This document shows positions 11,114 through 20,137 of a DNA stretch of 64,000 bases, one piece after another. The DNA is from an uncultured delta proteobacterium (GTDB taxonomy: Bacteria; Myxococcota_A; Polyangia; Polyangiales; Polyangiaceae): contig CAVQUB010000018.1 in the NCBI GenBank assembly GCA_963716725.1, forward strand, positions 32,001 to 96,000, in the 5' to 3' direction. The notes beneath the pieces are model-generated. The model was given only the letters and a program-made list of their open reading frames with translations. It ran no database searches and was not told the origin of the DNA. Each line of letters starts with the position of its first letter. Within the stretch, counting starts at the first letter, position 1. The position numbers were made by a program, and so were the translations under genes.

Positions 11114-12126
11114 ACTGCACCTCCACCCGCGCCGAAGTGGCGGTCCAAGAAGGCATAGGTGTGGGCCCAGCAGCGCCGCGCGTTCGCGGTGAAGACCAAG
11201 GCGTGAAAGGCGTGCAGTTCGCCTTGATAGTAGCGGGCCTCGCACTCGACGCCCATCTCGTCGAGGGCGCGTGCGAGCCGCTGGGTGTCGTCGATCAGCG
11301 GGTCGGAGGTCCCGCAGGGCGCGAAGAAGGCAGGGAGGGGCCGCTGGGGGACGTCGCCGCGTTCGAGGACGACCAAGGGGTCCGCCAGCTCGAGCTGCTC
11401 CGGTTGGTGGCGCTGAACGTCCCCGAGGTACGACTCACGGACCTCGCTCAATCGATCGTGGATGAAGCCGCTCATGTGGGGCCAACGGCGGCGGAAGCGC
11501 TGCACGTCGCTGACGTGGTAGATGCCGCAGGCCGCCACCACCGCCTTGGGACGGATGCCGCTGTCGAAGACCCGAGCCGCCCAGGGCTCGCTGCGCCGAT
11601 AGCTGCTCATCAGCGCCAGCGAAGTGACCAGGTTCGCGCCGGCGCTCTCACCGGCGAAGGCCAGGCGGTCCAGATCACCCCCGTAGCGGGCCGCGTTCTG
11701 TCGAACCCACTCGAGCGCCGCGGCAACGTCCTGCACTGCTGCGGGAAAGCGGTGTCGCGGAGCCAAACGGTAGCTCACGTTGAACACCAAGTAGCCTCGG
11801 CGGGCAAAGGCGAGGCCCATGACCCAGTGGGTGTCCTTGCTCAAGATGCGGAAACCGCCGCCGTGCACGTAGAGCACCACCGGAACTCGATCGAGCTCGC
11901 CGCGCGCGAGCCCTCGAGGCCGGTAGATGTCGAGGCGGTGCTCGGCGAGGCCGCTATCGTCGTACGCGACGTCGCGGATCACCTCGACGTCGTGGCGTTC
12001 TGGGCGCGCCTTCGGATGAAGCTGCCCTAGGCGAGACAACCCACGAAAGAAATTGTCGACGAGCAGCGAGCCGGCATTTCGGCGAAGCCGGGTCGGCAGG
12101 CGGCGCAGCGGTCCTGTGGGTGCCAC
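11110..12126 (-). CDS. Alpha/beta hydrolase (HSL-like esterase/lipase)
   Basis: HGGGF, GESAG, DPL, HAF catalytic motifs; start uncertain. Confidence 0.9.
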   Translation of the reverse strand: MAPTGPLRRLPTRLRRNAGSLLVDNFFRGLSRLGQLHPKARPERHDVEVIRDVAYDDSGLAEHRLDIYRPRGLARGELDRVPVVLYVHGGGFRILSKDTHWVMGLAFARRGYLVFNVSYRLAPRHRFPAAVQDVAAALEWVRQNAARYGGDLDRLAFAGESAGANLVTSLALMSSYRRSEPWAARVFDSGIRPKAVVAACGIYHVSDVQRFRRRWPHMSGFIHDRLSEVRESYLGDVQRHQPEQLELADPLVVLERGDVPQRPLPAFFAPCGTSDPLIDDTQRLARALDEMGVECEARYYQGELHAFHALVFTANARRCWAHTYAFLDRHFGAGGGAV

Positions 12127-12163
12127 GCCAGCGAGTGTAGGACGGTTTTCGGAGCGGCGACAG

Positions 12164-12631
12164 TCAACCGACCCGCGACCAGACCGCACTCTGGTCGCCG
12201 CGGTAGCAGACGTCCCCTTCGTGCACGAACTCGAATTGGTAGCGCACCAAGTGGCGCGAGCGACCGAGGCGGACCTTGGCGGCCGTGCATGCGCACTCAA
12301 TGGGCGTACCCGGCGGCACGAGCTTGCGGAAGGTCGCGCCGTGGATGTGCGTGCCGTAGCCGATCCAGCCCTCACCGTGCCGGAGGCCAATCAGGTAGTA
12401 GGCGTGGACGAAACCGAGCATGCCCGTGGCGTGGATCATCGCGGCACCTGCGACGTGACGCGGGTGGCGCTCGGGGTGCGCGCGCTGGTCCACCGTGAAG
12501 GGGATGGGTCGATCCGTCGGCATGCGGCAGACGACGCGTCCCTTGGTCGCATCGACCTCGAGCAGCTCGTCGAACATGAGGACCGACGGATCGTAGGGCA
12601 GGTCGGCGAGGAATTCAGGATCGAAGGGCAT
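12164..12631 (-). CDS. Hotdog-fold FabA/FabZ-like protein
   Basis: LPYDPSVLMFDELLE...GAAMIHATG...ATFRKLVPPG resembles FabZ LPHRYPFLLVD...FRKPVVPG; start overlaps the yjbQ stop. Confidence 0.6.
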   Translation of the reverse strand: MPFDPEFLADLPYDPSVLMFDELLEVDATKGRVVCRMPTDRPIPFTVDQRAHPERHPRHVAGAAMIHATGMLGFVHAYYLIGLRHGEGWIGYGTHIHGATFRKLVPPGTPIECACTAAKVRLGRSRHLVRYQFEFVHEGDVCYRGDQSAVWSRVG

Positions 12632-13047
12632 CACTCCCCCGCGACGTGCACGACCAGGCGACGCTGATGAGTGCGCGCTCGGTGCTCCCACAGGTAGAGC
12701 GCCTGCCAGGTCCCCAGCGCCAGCCGACCGGCGGTCACCGGGATGGTCTCGGAGGTCTTGGTCACCGCGGCCCGGGCGTGCGCCGGCATGTCGTCGGGGC
12801 CTTCCTCCGCATGCCGCCAGCGCCGGGACTCGGGAGCCAGCTCCCCCATCCACTCGGTCAGGTCGACCAGCACGTTGCGGTCGGCGTTTTCCTGAATCAC
12901 CAGGCTGGCCGAGGTGTGCTGCACAAACACCGTGCACAGCCCGACGCCAATCTTGCTGCCGTCGACAACCGCTTGGACGGCCCGCGTCACGTCGGACAAG
13001 CCGCGAGCCGTAGTGCGAACCTCGATGGTCTCCTGGTGTACCGCCAC
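12631..13047 (-). CDS. yjbQ: YjbQ/UPF0047 family protein
   Basis: HTSASLVIQENAD, HAEEGPDDMPAH, LGTWQALYLWEHR. Confidence 0.92.
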   Translation of the reverse strand: MAVHQETIEVRTTARGLSDVTRAVQAVVDGSKIGVGLCTVFVQHTSASLVIQENADRNVLVDLTEWMGELAPESRRWRHAEEGPDDMPAHARAAVTKTSETIPVTAGRLALGTWQALYLWEHRARTHQRRLVVHVAGE

Positions 13048-13090
13048 GGGCGGGTCGTATGCGATGATTGCCGCCCAAGCAAGCCCCCTC

Positions 13091-14029
13091 ATGCGACGAG
13101 TGACCAACGAGATCGGTGCGCTGGTGCAGCGTGCCGAACAGGCGACCGTGGACTTCCTGGATCGAGGTCCAGCCAGGCGCGGCTTCTACTCGCTGTGGAA
13201 GGGCATGGCGCTGCACAACGCAGGCCGCGTCGCCAGCGCCATGGCCTTCAATCTCTTCTTGGCGGCCATCCCCATGCTGGCGCTCGGGGGCTATCTCGCC
13301 GCCACGCTGCTCAGGCAGAGCCAAGACGCGCTGGATCTGATGTCGCTCTACATGGACCTCAGTCCGCTCGAGGTCCACCAGATCGTGCAGCGACACTTCA
13401 AGCGCTTCTCCGGCGGCGCGGTGGCCCCCGTCGCCATACTCGGTTCGCTCTGGCTCGCCTCGAACGCCTTCTACATGCTGATGAGCGTGTTCGAACGCGC
13501 GGTGCGCGCCGCGCCCCGTGCGTGGTGGAAGAAGCGGCTCATCGCCATCGCGTGCGTCCTGGCCACCAACTTGATCTTCGCGGCGACGACCGTTGCGGCG
13601 GTCACGATCACCGGCGGGCCCTCGAAGCTGCTTTCTTTCCTGCGCACGGGCGACGAGCTGGTGGGCCCCCTCGAACGCGCCGTGAGCATCGGAGTCGCCC
13701 TGCTGGGCGCTACCGGCGCTCTCGCGCTCTTCTTCCGCGTCGCGGTGAATCGGCCCGGCCTGAACCGTCGCATCTGGCCCGGAGCCGTCGCCACCGTCGC
13801 CCTCGGCGGATTGGCCTCGAGTGCGTTCGCTGTCTACGCCTCCAGCATCCAGAGCTTCGCGGTCTTCTACGGAAGCCTCGCGGCCGTCGCCATCGCGCTC
13901 GCCTGGCTCTGGATCTGGTGCGCCGCGCTCTTGCTCGGCGCAGAGCTGAACGCTCAACTCGAAGGCGGCGACCGAATCGCGCCGCCGAGCACGGTCCGCA
14001 TGGCGATGCGCGCGAGACGAAACGCCTGA
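13091..14029 (+). CDS. YihY/BrkB family membrane protein
   Basis: ASAMAFNLFLAAIP, WPGAVAT, FYGSLAAVAIALAWLW..LLLGAELN. Confidence 0.88.
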   Translation: MRRVTNEIGALVQRAEQATVDFLDRGPARRGFYSLWKGMALHNAGRVASAMAFNLFLAAIPMLALGGYLAATLLRQSQDALDLMSLYMDLSPLEVHQIVQRHFKRFSGGAVAPVAILGSLWLASNAFYMLMSVFERAVRAAPRAWWKKRLIAIACVLATNLIFAATTVAAVTITGGPSKLLSFLRTGDELVGPLERAVSIGVALLGATGALALFFRVAVNRPGLNRRIWPGAVATVALGGLASSAFAVYASSIQSFAVFYGSLAAVAIALAWLWIWCAALLLGAELNAQLEGGDRIAPPSTVRMAMRARRNA

Positions 14030-14041
14030 GGCCGACCGGAG

Positions 14042-14989
14042 TCAGCCGCCGTCGCCCAAGCCGCCGAGCCCGCAGATGCCGAAGCCCTTCGGCAAGCCGG
14101 CGACGGCGAGGCACTTGCCCGTGCCGCAATCGGCGGTGCCACTGGTGGTCGAGCAGAGCTTGAGGCAAGCGTTCGTCGTCTTGGAGCAGACGAAGCCCGC
14201 GGCGCAGGGGCAGGGCTCGCCGGCGCGACCTTTGCCGGGCGGGACGCAGCTGGTGGTCCCGTCGTCCTTGACCACCGCGCAGGCCGTTCCCGCCTGGCAC
14301 TTGCATTGTTTGTTGGTTGGACAGGGATAGGGATCGTCGAGGCTGCAATCGTCTGCGGGAACACAGACGGGCACGCCGATCGCGGTCTTTCCGGACGCTC
14401 CTTGCAGCGGTCGCTCCGCGCAGTAGGCGCCGGCGGCGCAGGTCGTCGCTTGCGCGCAGCAATAGGGTCGACACGCCGCGGTGGATCCCTCACTCACGCA
14501 CGCCAGTCCGGGAGCGCAGTCGCCACCATCGACGCAGGGCGACCCGCCCTCGCCGCTGCCAGCGGGTTGGCACGCACTCGTGGGCTGCCCGTTCGTCGAG
14601 GTGACGCCGCACCCGAGCTTGGCCGGGGGCTCCGGGGCCGCATCTGAGCCGCCGTCGGGAGTCGACGCTTCCGCGGCGTCGCTGCCTGGGTCTGCGCCGC
14701 CTTCGATCGCGGCGCACTCGAGAGGGTTCGGATCGTCGGGCAGGCAGCTACCCGCCCCGCACAGCAGATGGGTCGTCGGCGGCTTGGCATCCGGCGCGGC
14801 CTCGGGCACCGGCACGTCGGCGACGATTTGATCGCGCCCGGCGTCTTCCGGATTGCACGACGGGCCGACGCAACTGCCGCCCGTTCCGGCTCCAGCTTCG
14901 TCCGAAACCGAGGCGCAGCTGGCGGAGGCTCCCAGGGCCAGCGCGCCCAGCGCACCCGCGACGGTCAAAGACAGGAATGAAAGGCGCAT
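14042..14989 (-). CDS. Cys-rich myxobacterial lipoprotein
   Basis: Signal peptide ending SASC; many Cys motifs (CVDGGDCAPGLAC, CRPYCC, CLKLC). Confidence 0.75.
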   Translation of the reverse strand: MRLSFLSLTVAGALGALALGASASCASVSDEAGAGTGGSCVGPSCNPEDAGRDQIVADVPVPEAAPDAKPPTTHLLCGAGSCLPDDPNPLECAAIEGGADPGSDAAEASTPDGGSDAAPEPPAKLGCGVTSTNGQPTSACQPAGSGEGGSPCVDGGDCAPGLACVSEGSTAACRPYCCAQATTCAAGAYCAERPLQGASGKTAIGVPVCVPADDCSLDDPYPCPTNKQCKCQAGTACAVVKDDGTTSCVPPGKGRAGEPCPCAAGFVCSKTTNACLKLCSTTSGTADCGTGKCLAVAGLPKGFGICGLGGLGDGG

Positions 14990-15026
14990 CAGAAGAAGCC
15001 AACGTGAATGTAGCAGGGCTCGAGGG

Positions 15027-15042
15027 AGCACGCCGCGTGCCG
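15027..15042 (-). promoter_or_regulatory. Putative sigma54 -24/-12 promoter
   Basis: Minus strand CGGCACGCGGCGTGCT (GG-N10-GC), about 38 nt upstream of ATG 14989. Confidence 0.55.
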
Positions 15043-15150
15043 CAGCATGAAAATTCCTGACGCAGCCGCGGCCGGCGTCTCCTTGGCACCTTAGAGCGAG
15101 GTCCGGGCGGCCGGACCCCTGACATTGCTGTCAGGGAGTCGGCGAGGCGT

Positions 15151-17217
15151 TCACTTGACCGAGACGCTACGGACGACGAAATTGTTGGCCTTGTCGTAGA
15201 CGCGCACGCTGAGCAGCGCGGCTCCCGGAGGCACGAAGCTCGAGACGTCCGCCTCGAAATCCTCGCTCTGCTGGTCGAAGATCCCGTCCTTGGAGTCGAA
15301 GGGGAACCAGTCGTCCGAGCCAGCGACGCTGATCTCGATGCGTTGGATCGGACCGACACCGTCGATGGCTCGCCCCTTCACGCGCCTCCCGGTCACCTGC
15401 AGGCCTTCGACCCGCGGCGGGGTGTTGTCGACCAGCAGGATGCCGCTCTCGAGCGTGTGCTTGCGGACTCGCCCGGGCGAGTTCGACAGTTCGTCGCTGG
15501 CGGTCACGCGCACGCGGTACTCGCCCTCGGGCAGCGTCGCCGTCTCCCAAGAGTAGGTCTCAGCCGTCAGCTTCTCGCCGGGCTTGAGCAGGTCATACCA
15601 AGTCGTGGAGCCCACCAGGCGGTAGTGCACGAGAAAGCGGAGCTTGTCCTTGTCCGGGTTGTCCACCTTCCAGTTCAGGGCGAGCTTGCTGCTCGGGCTG
15701 CCGTCGACTGGACCGCCGGACTGCGGCACTTCGCCCGCGGACGCCTTGGTCTTGGGTCCGGAGTCGATGCCCGTGATGACCGCGCGCAGGTTGTCGGTGA
15801 CGAAGGGGATCGTGACCTCGGACAAGACAGCGCTGGCGTCCTTGTTCCAGCGCGCCCGTACTTGGAAGTAACGCGCCGTAGGGGCGTCGATTGGCCCGGG
15901 CGCGGCCAGGGCCTTGCCCCATGCGCTCCAGGTGTCGTCCGGCTCTTTGGTGTTGCCGCTGCGCGTCGACAGCTCGAGAGCTGCGGTCGAAACCCAGCTC
16001 AATCGCCCCCACTTGGCGCGGATCCCGGCGTCGAGCACCTTGCTGGTCCAGATGCTGTCGGTGCCGCCAACGCCGCGCACCGGGTGCAGAACCGCCGGGT
16101 CACTGGCGGCCACGAACTTGTTCTTCCCTGACATGGACAGGGCGCCGATCATGCGCTCGTCAGTGTCGGCCACGAGCACGGAGTTGTGCGCGTCGTCCAC
16201 CGTGTAGACGCGCCCTTCGGCGCCGGTACCCACGTAGGGCTTTCCGTCGTCACCGAGCGTGAGGCTGGTGAAGTGTTCGTCCTTGTCGTCGAGCAGGGTG
16301 TCCGGGGTGCCGTCGGCTTCGAAGTGGACGAGCGTGCCCTTGCCCTTGGTCTTGGGTGGCTTCGAGGTCGGGCCGGCTGCTTCGGGGCCCACGCGGCCGG
16401 AGCGCGTCGGCACGTAGGCGCCCGACGAAATCTCGTTGGCGATGGCGTAAACGTCACCCTTGGCGCCGACGGCGATGGCGCGCACCTCGGTACGACCGAA
16501 GTCGTGCATCACGCTGCCTCGACCGGGGGCGGTGATCTTGTAGAGCTTGGCCTTGTCGCTCGCACCCGCGTAGACGGTGCCGTCAGCGGCGACCGCGACG
16601 CTCATCAGGTGCTGCTCGGCGGCGTCGAAATGGACCTGCGCCGTGCCGTTCTGATCGACCCGGTACAGCTTGCCCTCGGGGCCCGTGGCCGCGAAGACAC
16701 TCTTCGACTTCTTGTCGAAAGCCACCGCCCAGACGTGCTCGACGCCCTTGATGCTGACCAAGTCGGTGACCTTGCCGCGGTCCAACTTCATCAGCTTGCC
16801 GTCGGGCATCGTGCCCATCACCACGGTGCCGCCCCAGGCCTCGGTGAGGGAGGTGATGACCAGCGCCTTGGTCTCGGCCACCGTGCTGATCTTGCCGTCC
16901 TTCAGCCGGAGCAGCTTGCCTTCGTTGCCGGTGCCCATGAGCACGCCGCCGTCCTTCTCGGGCAGTGTCGCCCAGATGGTCGAGGCGTCGCTCACGGGGC
17001 TAGCGCCCAGGGTGAGGCCGGCGCGCACCTTGCCGCTGGAGTCGACGGCCACCCCCTTGAGGTCACCACCTTTGAAGTCCTCGCCCTGGTCCAGCAGGAA
17101 GGTACGCGTGCCCACCGCGGTAGCGTCGGCTGCGCCGAGCAGCGCGGCGACGCCCACCGAAAAGGCGGTCAGCCCAAGCAAGGTGTTCTTTGCCCAATGA
17201 GTCCTGTCACAAGCCAC
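15151..17217 (-). CDS. Secreted beta-propeller protein with C-terminal Ig/Fn3-like domains
   Basis: Signal peptide; repeated GTGNEGK/ATGPEGKLY/GTGAEGRVY blades; LPEGEYRVRVTASD, VDNTPP. Confidence 0.75.
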   Translation of the reverse strand: MACDRTHWAKNTLLGLTAFSVGVAALLGAADATAVGTRTFLLDQGEDFKGGDLKGVAVDSSGKVRAGLTLGASPVSDASTIWATLPEKDGGVLMGTGNEGKLLRLKDGKISTVAETKALVITSLTEAWGGTVVMGTMPDGKLMKLDRGKVTDLVSIKGVEHVWAVAFDKKSKSVFAATGPEGKLYRVDQNGTAQVHFDAAEQHLMSVAVAADGTVYAGASDKAKLYKITAPGRGSVMHDFGRTEVRAIAVGAKGDVYAIANEISSGAYVPTRSGRVGPEAAGPTSKPPKTKGKGTLVHFEADGTPDTLLDDKDEHFTSLTLGDDGKPYVGTGAEGRVYTVDDAHNSVLVADTDERMIGALSMSGKNKFVAASDPAVLHPVRGVGGTDSIWTSKVLDAGIRAKWGRLSWVSTAALELSTRSGNTKEPDDTWSAWGKALAAPGPIDAPTARYFQVRARWNKDASAVLSEVTIPFVTDNLRAVITGIDSGPKTKASAGEVPQSGGPVDGSPSSKLALNWKVDNPDKDKLRFLVHYRLVGSTTWYDLLKPGEKLTAETYSWETATLPEGEYRVRVTASDELSNSPGRVRKHTLESGILLVDNTPPRVEGLQVTGRRVKGRAIDGVGPIQRIEISVAGSDDWFPFDSKDGIFDQQSEDFEADVSSFVPPGAALLSVRVYDKANNFVVRSVSVK

Positions 17218-17265
17218 GGTCGAGCCTTACCCTTTTCATCTAGTTGCGAGGTCTGTTCGCGAGTC

Positions 17266-19143
17266 TCAGCGCAAGATCGGTTTGACGACCACGTCGACGC
17301 GGTCTTGCCCCACCATGAACTCACCCAGCGGGATCACGGTTCGGACCTCGGAGCGGAACGAGTCCGGAGCCACCGACGCGGTGGTTGGCCGGATGGCGTC
17401 CAGCGCGCCCGGCGGCAGGTTCTTCGCGATCCGCCCTTTGTAGGCCACCGCGCCGGCCTGATCCTGATACGAAACCACGATGCTCTTGACGGGGAAGAGC
17501 GGGTTCTGAAGGTTCTGCACGAGCTCGGACACGTTCTCGGGATCGGCGAGATCGCGGCGCTCGAGATAGCCCGGACCGATCTGGAGCGACACCGTCTTGC
17601 CCGCCAGGTGCTTGGGCAGCGCCACGCTCACGATCTTGGTGATGGTCTTGCCGGCGTAGGGCACCAGCGTCAGGCGGATGCGGGCGCGCTCCCCAGCGTC
17701 CACCTCGGGATCGAGCAGCTCCGCGCCGCGCAGGCGCAGGATCTCGCGCGCGTACTTGAGCTCGATCTCCATCTCGGCGCCCTCGATGATGACGGGCTCC
17801 CAGGCGTTGTTGAGCAGGCTGCCCACCGCCCGGGACAAATTCGATCGGATGAACTCGTTGGGATCGGGCGTGCCGCCGATGCTGACGCCGAAGTCCTCGA
17901 GCACGATGGTCCCGTGGTTCTGGACGCGCAGCTTGCTCTTGGCGGTCCAGCTCACGTCCTGCTTCTCGTTGGCAGTGGCCTGTAGCGCGCTGCCGAGGGC
18001 GATGGCCAGGAAGGCCGGCGTCATGAACTTCTCGTGCGCGACCTCGAAGGTCCAGCTCTGGTCGGGCGCGCCCGGGACCCCTTTGATCCTCATCTTGACG
18101 GGAATGACGGGAGCCTTCGCCGAGTGCGACACCACGATGCTGGCCTGGCGATCGGCCACCAGCGCACCCACCGGCCGAACAGCCATGCCGATCTTGAAGG
18201 ATCGCTGGTCGCTCGCCAAAAACCAGAGCACGCGTCCGATGGCGGTGGGCAGGGCCGTGACGCCGGACTCCATCATGGGGTGACCGAAGGCGACGAGTTT
18301 GTCTCCCTCGACGCGGGTCACGGTTCCGAGTCCCTGCGCGCTCATCTCACCGCGGATGAGCTGCACGCCAATGGCGCCACCGTCGACGTAGCGCGTGGGC
18401 GCGTCCTTCTCGACGTCGCCGCCGCCGCCGGCCTGCAGCGGCTCGAGGCCGAGGGGAGAGAGCAGCTCCTTGGCCAGCTCGACGGCGCCGGCGGTCATGC
18501 CGCCGATCATGAGCGGCGTCGATACCGGGGTCGCCGAACCGAGTCCGCCGCCCGTGGACTTCTGCTGGCGCTTCGCGAGCTGCTTGGCGTGCTCGCCGAG
18601 GTCGTAGCCCGAGATGTTGCCGGCGAAGCGGATCTGCGAAGTGCCGCGCGATGCGTGCTTCTGTTTCTTCGCGGCGCCCCGGGGCAAGGCATGCAGGGGC
18701 CAACCGTCGACGGTCTTCGGCAAGGGCCGTTCCATCTCGTCGAGCATGTTCCGGATCGGCGTGACTCCCGCCACCGGCTCCTTGCCGAAGGTCCAGCCAT
18801 AGGCATAAGCGCCGATCATCTTGCCGTTGATGTAGATGGGGCTGCCGCTCATGCCGGCGACGACCTTGACGATCTCGAGCCGAGGGTGCTTGGTCTTGAT
18901 CAAGATCAGCTCTTGGCGCGGCCGGAAGTTCTTCAGAACGTCGATGATCTCGACATCGAACTTCTCTGGCTTGGTGCCCTCGAACACGGTCAGGCCGTAG
19001 CCCTTCATTCCCGGCTTGATGTCCTTCACCGGCATCACGTCGGCGCGGGTGGCGGTGCCTTCGGCTTGGGCGCTCCGCAGCACGGGCAGCGGGGCCAACA
19101 GGCCGATCAAGGCCGTCGCAGCGATCAGGATGGGAAAACGCAC
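17266..19143 (-). CDS. SpoIVB peptidase S55 domain protein
   Basis: IKPGMKGYGLTVFEG, VVAGMSGSPIYINGKMIGA, AFGHPM; signal peptide. Confidence 0.88.
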   Translation of the reverse strand: MRFPILIAATALIGLLAPLPVLRSAQAEGTATRADVMPVKDIKPGMKGYGLTVFEGTKPEKFDVEIIDVLKNFRPRQELILIKTKHPRLEIVKVVAGMSGSPIYINGKMIGAYAYGWTFGKEPVAGVTPIRNMLDEMERPLPKTVDGWPLHALPRGAAKKQKHASRGTSQIRFAGNISGYDLGEHAKQLAKRQQKSTGGGLGSATPVSTPLMIGGMTAGAVELAKELLSPLGLEPLQAGGGGDVEKDAPTRYVDGGAIGVQLIRGEMSAQGLGTVTRVEGDKLVAFGHPMMESGVTALPTAIGRVLWFLASDQRSFKIGMAVRPVGALVADRQASIVVSHSAKAPVIPVKMRIKGVPGAPDQSWTFEVAHEKFMTPAFLAIALGSALQATANEKQDVSWTAKSKLRVQNHGTIVLEDFGVSIGGTPDPNEFIRSNLSRAVGSLLNNAWEPVIIEGAEMEIELKYAREILRLRGAELLDPEVDAGERARIRLTLVPYAGKTITKIVSVALPKHLAGKTVSLQIGPGYLERRDLADPENVSELVQNLQNPLFPVKSIVVSYQDQAGAVAYKGRIAKNLPPGALDAIRPTTASVAPDSFRSEVRTVIPLGEFMVGQDRVDVVVKPILR

Positions 19144-19280
19144 GGTGCGGCAGTCTAGCAGGGGTCCGGGCGGCGGTTCCGAAAAGACGCGCTGCAAAAA
19201 AGGGGCGCCAAACCCCCGCCCTCCCCCGGTACCGCGGGGCCGGATTGGGCCGCGGAGCAATCGTCAGTAGGCTCCGGGAC

Positions 19281-19517
19281 GTGGACGCCGTGGTCTTGGT
19301 CGCACTCGCCCTGTCCTTCGCCAGTCTGGTGACAGCCCACCTCGCCCTCGCCTTCGGCCTCACCCTGGCCCGCCCGCGCTGGCGGGGCCCGCTGGCCTTC
19401 TTCGTCCCGCCGCTGGCGCCGTACTGGGGAATGGAAGCCGGCATGAAGCGCCGCGCTGGGATCTGGGTCACGGCCCTCGTGATCTACTCCCTCGCGCGTA
19501 TCGTGGCGGAGCTGTGA
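19281..19517 (+). CDS. Small three-helix membrane protein
   Basis: Hydrophobic ORF with PPLAPYWG motif; stop overlaps the next start. Confidence 0.65.
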   Translation: MDAVVLVALALSFASLVTAHLALAFGLTLARPRWRGPLAFFVPPLAPYWGMEAGMKRRAGIWVTALVIYSLARIVAEL

Positions 19518-20098
19518 TGGAGACGGTCGTCGCGGAGTTCATCGCCTTCGTGCGCCAGCGGGCGATGCCCGCGCAGTTCGTCTCAGCCTACGAGCAGATC
19601 GCGCAACAGTTCTTGGCGGCGTTCCCCCAGGTCCCGCCCGCGCACTTTGGCCCGGAAGAAGTGGATGCCTTCTTGAAGCGGGCGGCGCGGGGGGGAGCGA
19701 GTGAACAACAGCTGAGGAACGCGCGCACGGCGGCCGAGGCGCTGGTTTGGTATTTGAAGCACCGCGCTCGCCCCTCCCTGCAACCGCCGCCGGCCTCGAC
19801 GACTCGCAGCGAAGAACGCGTCTCGTTCATCCGCGACGTCGAGGTCACGGACTTGGGCGCGTGCCGCAGCTCCGACCTGAGCTCGCGCGGCATCTTCGTG
19901 GAGACGCTGGCGGCGCTGAACGTCGGCGACCAGCTCGAGCTTCGCTTTCGCCTCGAGCAGAACGACCCGCCGATCACGGTCCTCGCTCGCGTCGTCTACT
20001 CGCACCCGATGGGCGGAGGGCTGTCGTTTCGCGAGGTGCCCCCCGGGGTCCAAGCACGCATCGATCGCTACATGGCCATGGCTCGCGGCACGGATTGA
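19514..20098 (+). CDS. PilZ-domain protein with N-terminal integrase core-binding (SAM-like) domain
   Basis: PilZ motifs RSEER (RxxxR) and DLSSRG (DxSxxG), ARVVY, GLSF; N-terminal four-helix pattern EFIAFVRQR..SAY...QFL..F...P.HFGPEEVDAFL...GAS......A..AL.WY. Confidence 0.75.
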   Translation: MMETVVAEFIAFVRQRAMPAQFVSAYEQIAQQFLAAFPQVPPAHFGPEEVDAFLKRAARGGASEQQLRNARTAAEALVWYLKHRARPSLQPPPASTTRSEERVSFIRDVEVTDLGACRSSDLSSRGIFVETLAALNVGDQLELRFRLEQNDPPITVLARVVYSHPMGGGLSFREVPPGVQARIDRYMAMARGTD

Positions 20099-20137
20099 GG
20101 CTTGCGGCCGGCGGTCGGCGGGGCAATAGCGGCGGGC

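Noticed and set aside
19193..19212. sigma54 box upstream of the S55 peptidase (TTTGGCGCCCCTTTTTTGCA, minus strand)
   Set aside because: GG-GC spacing is 12 rather than 10; it would fit only if the homopolymers are miscalled.
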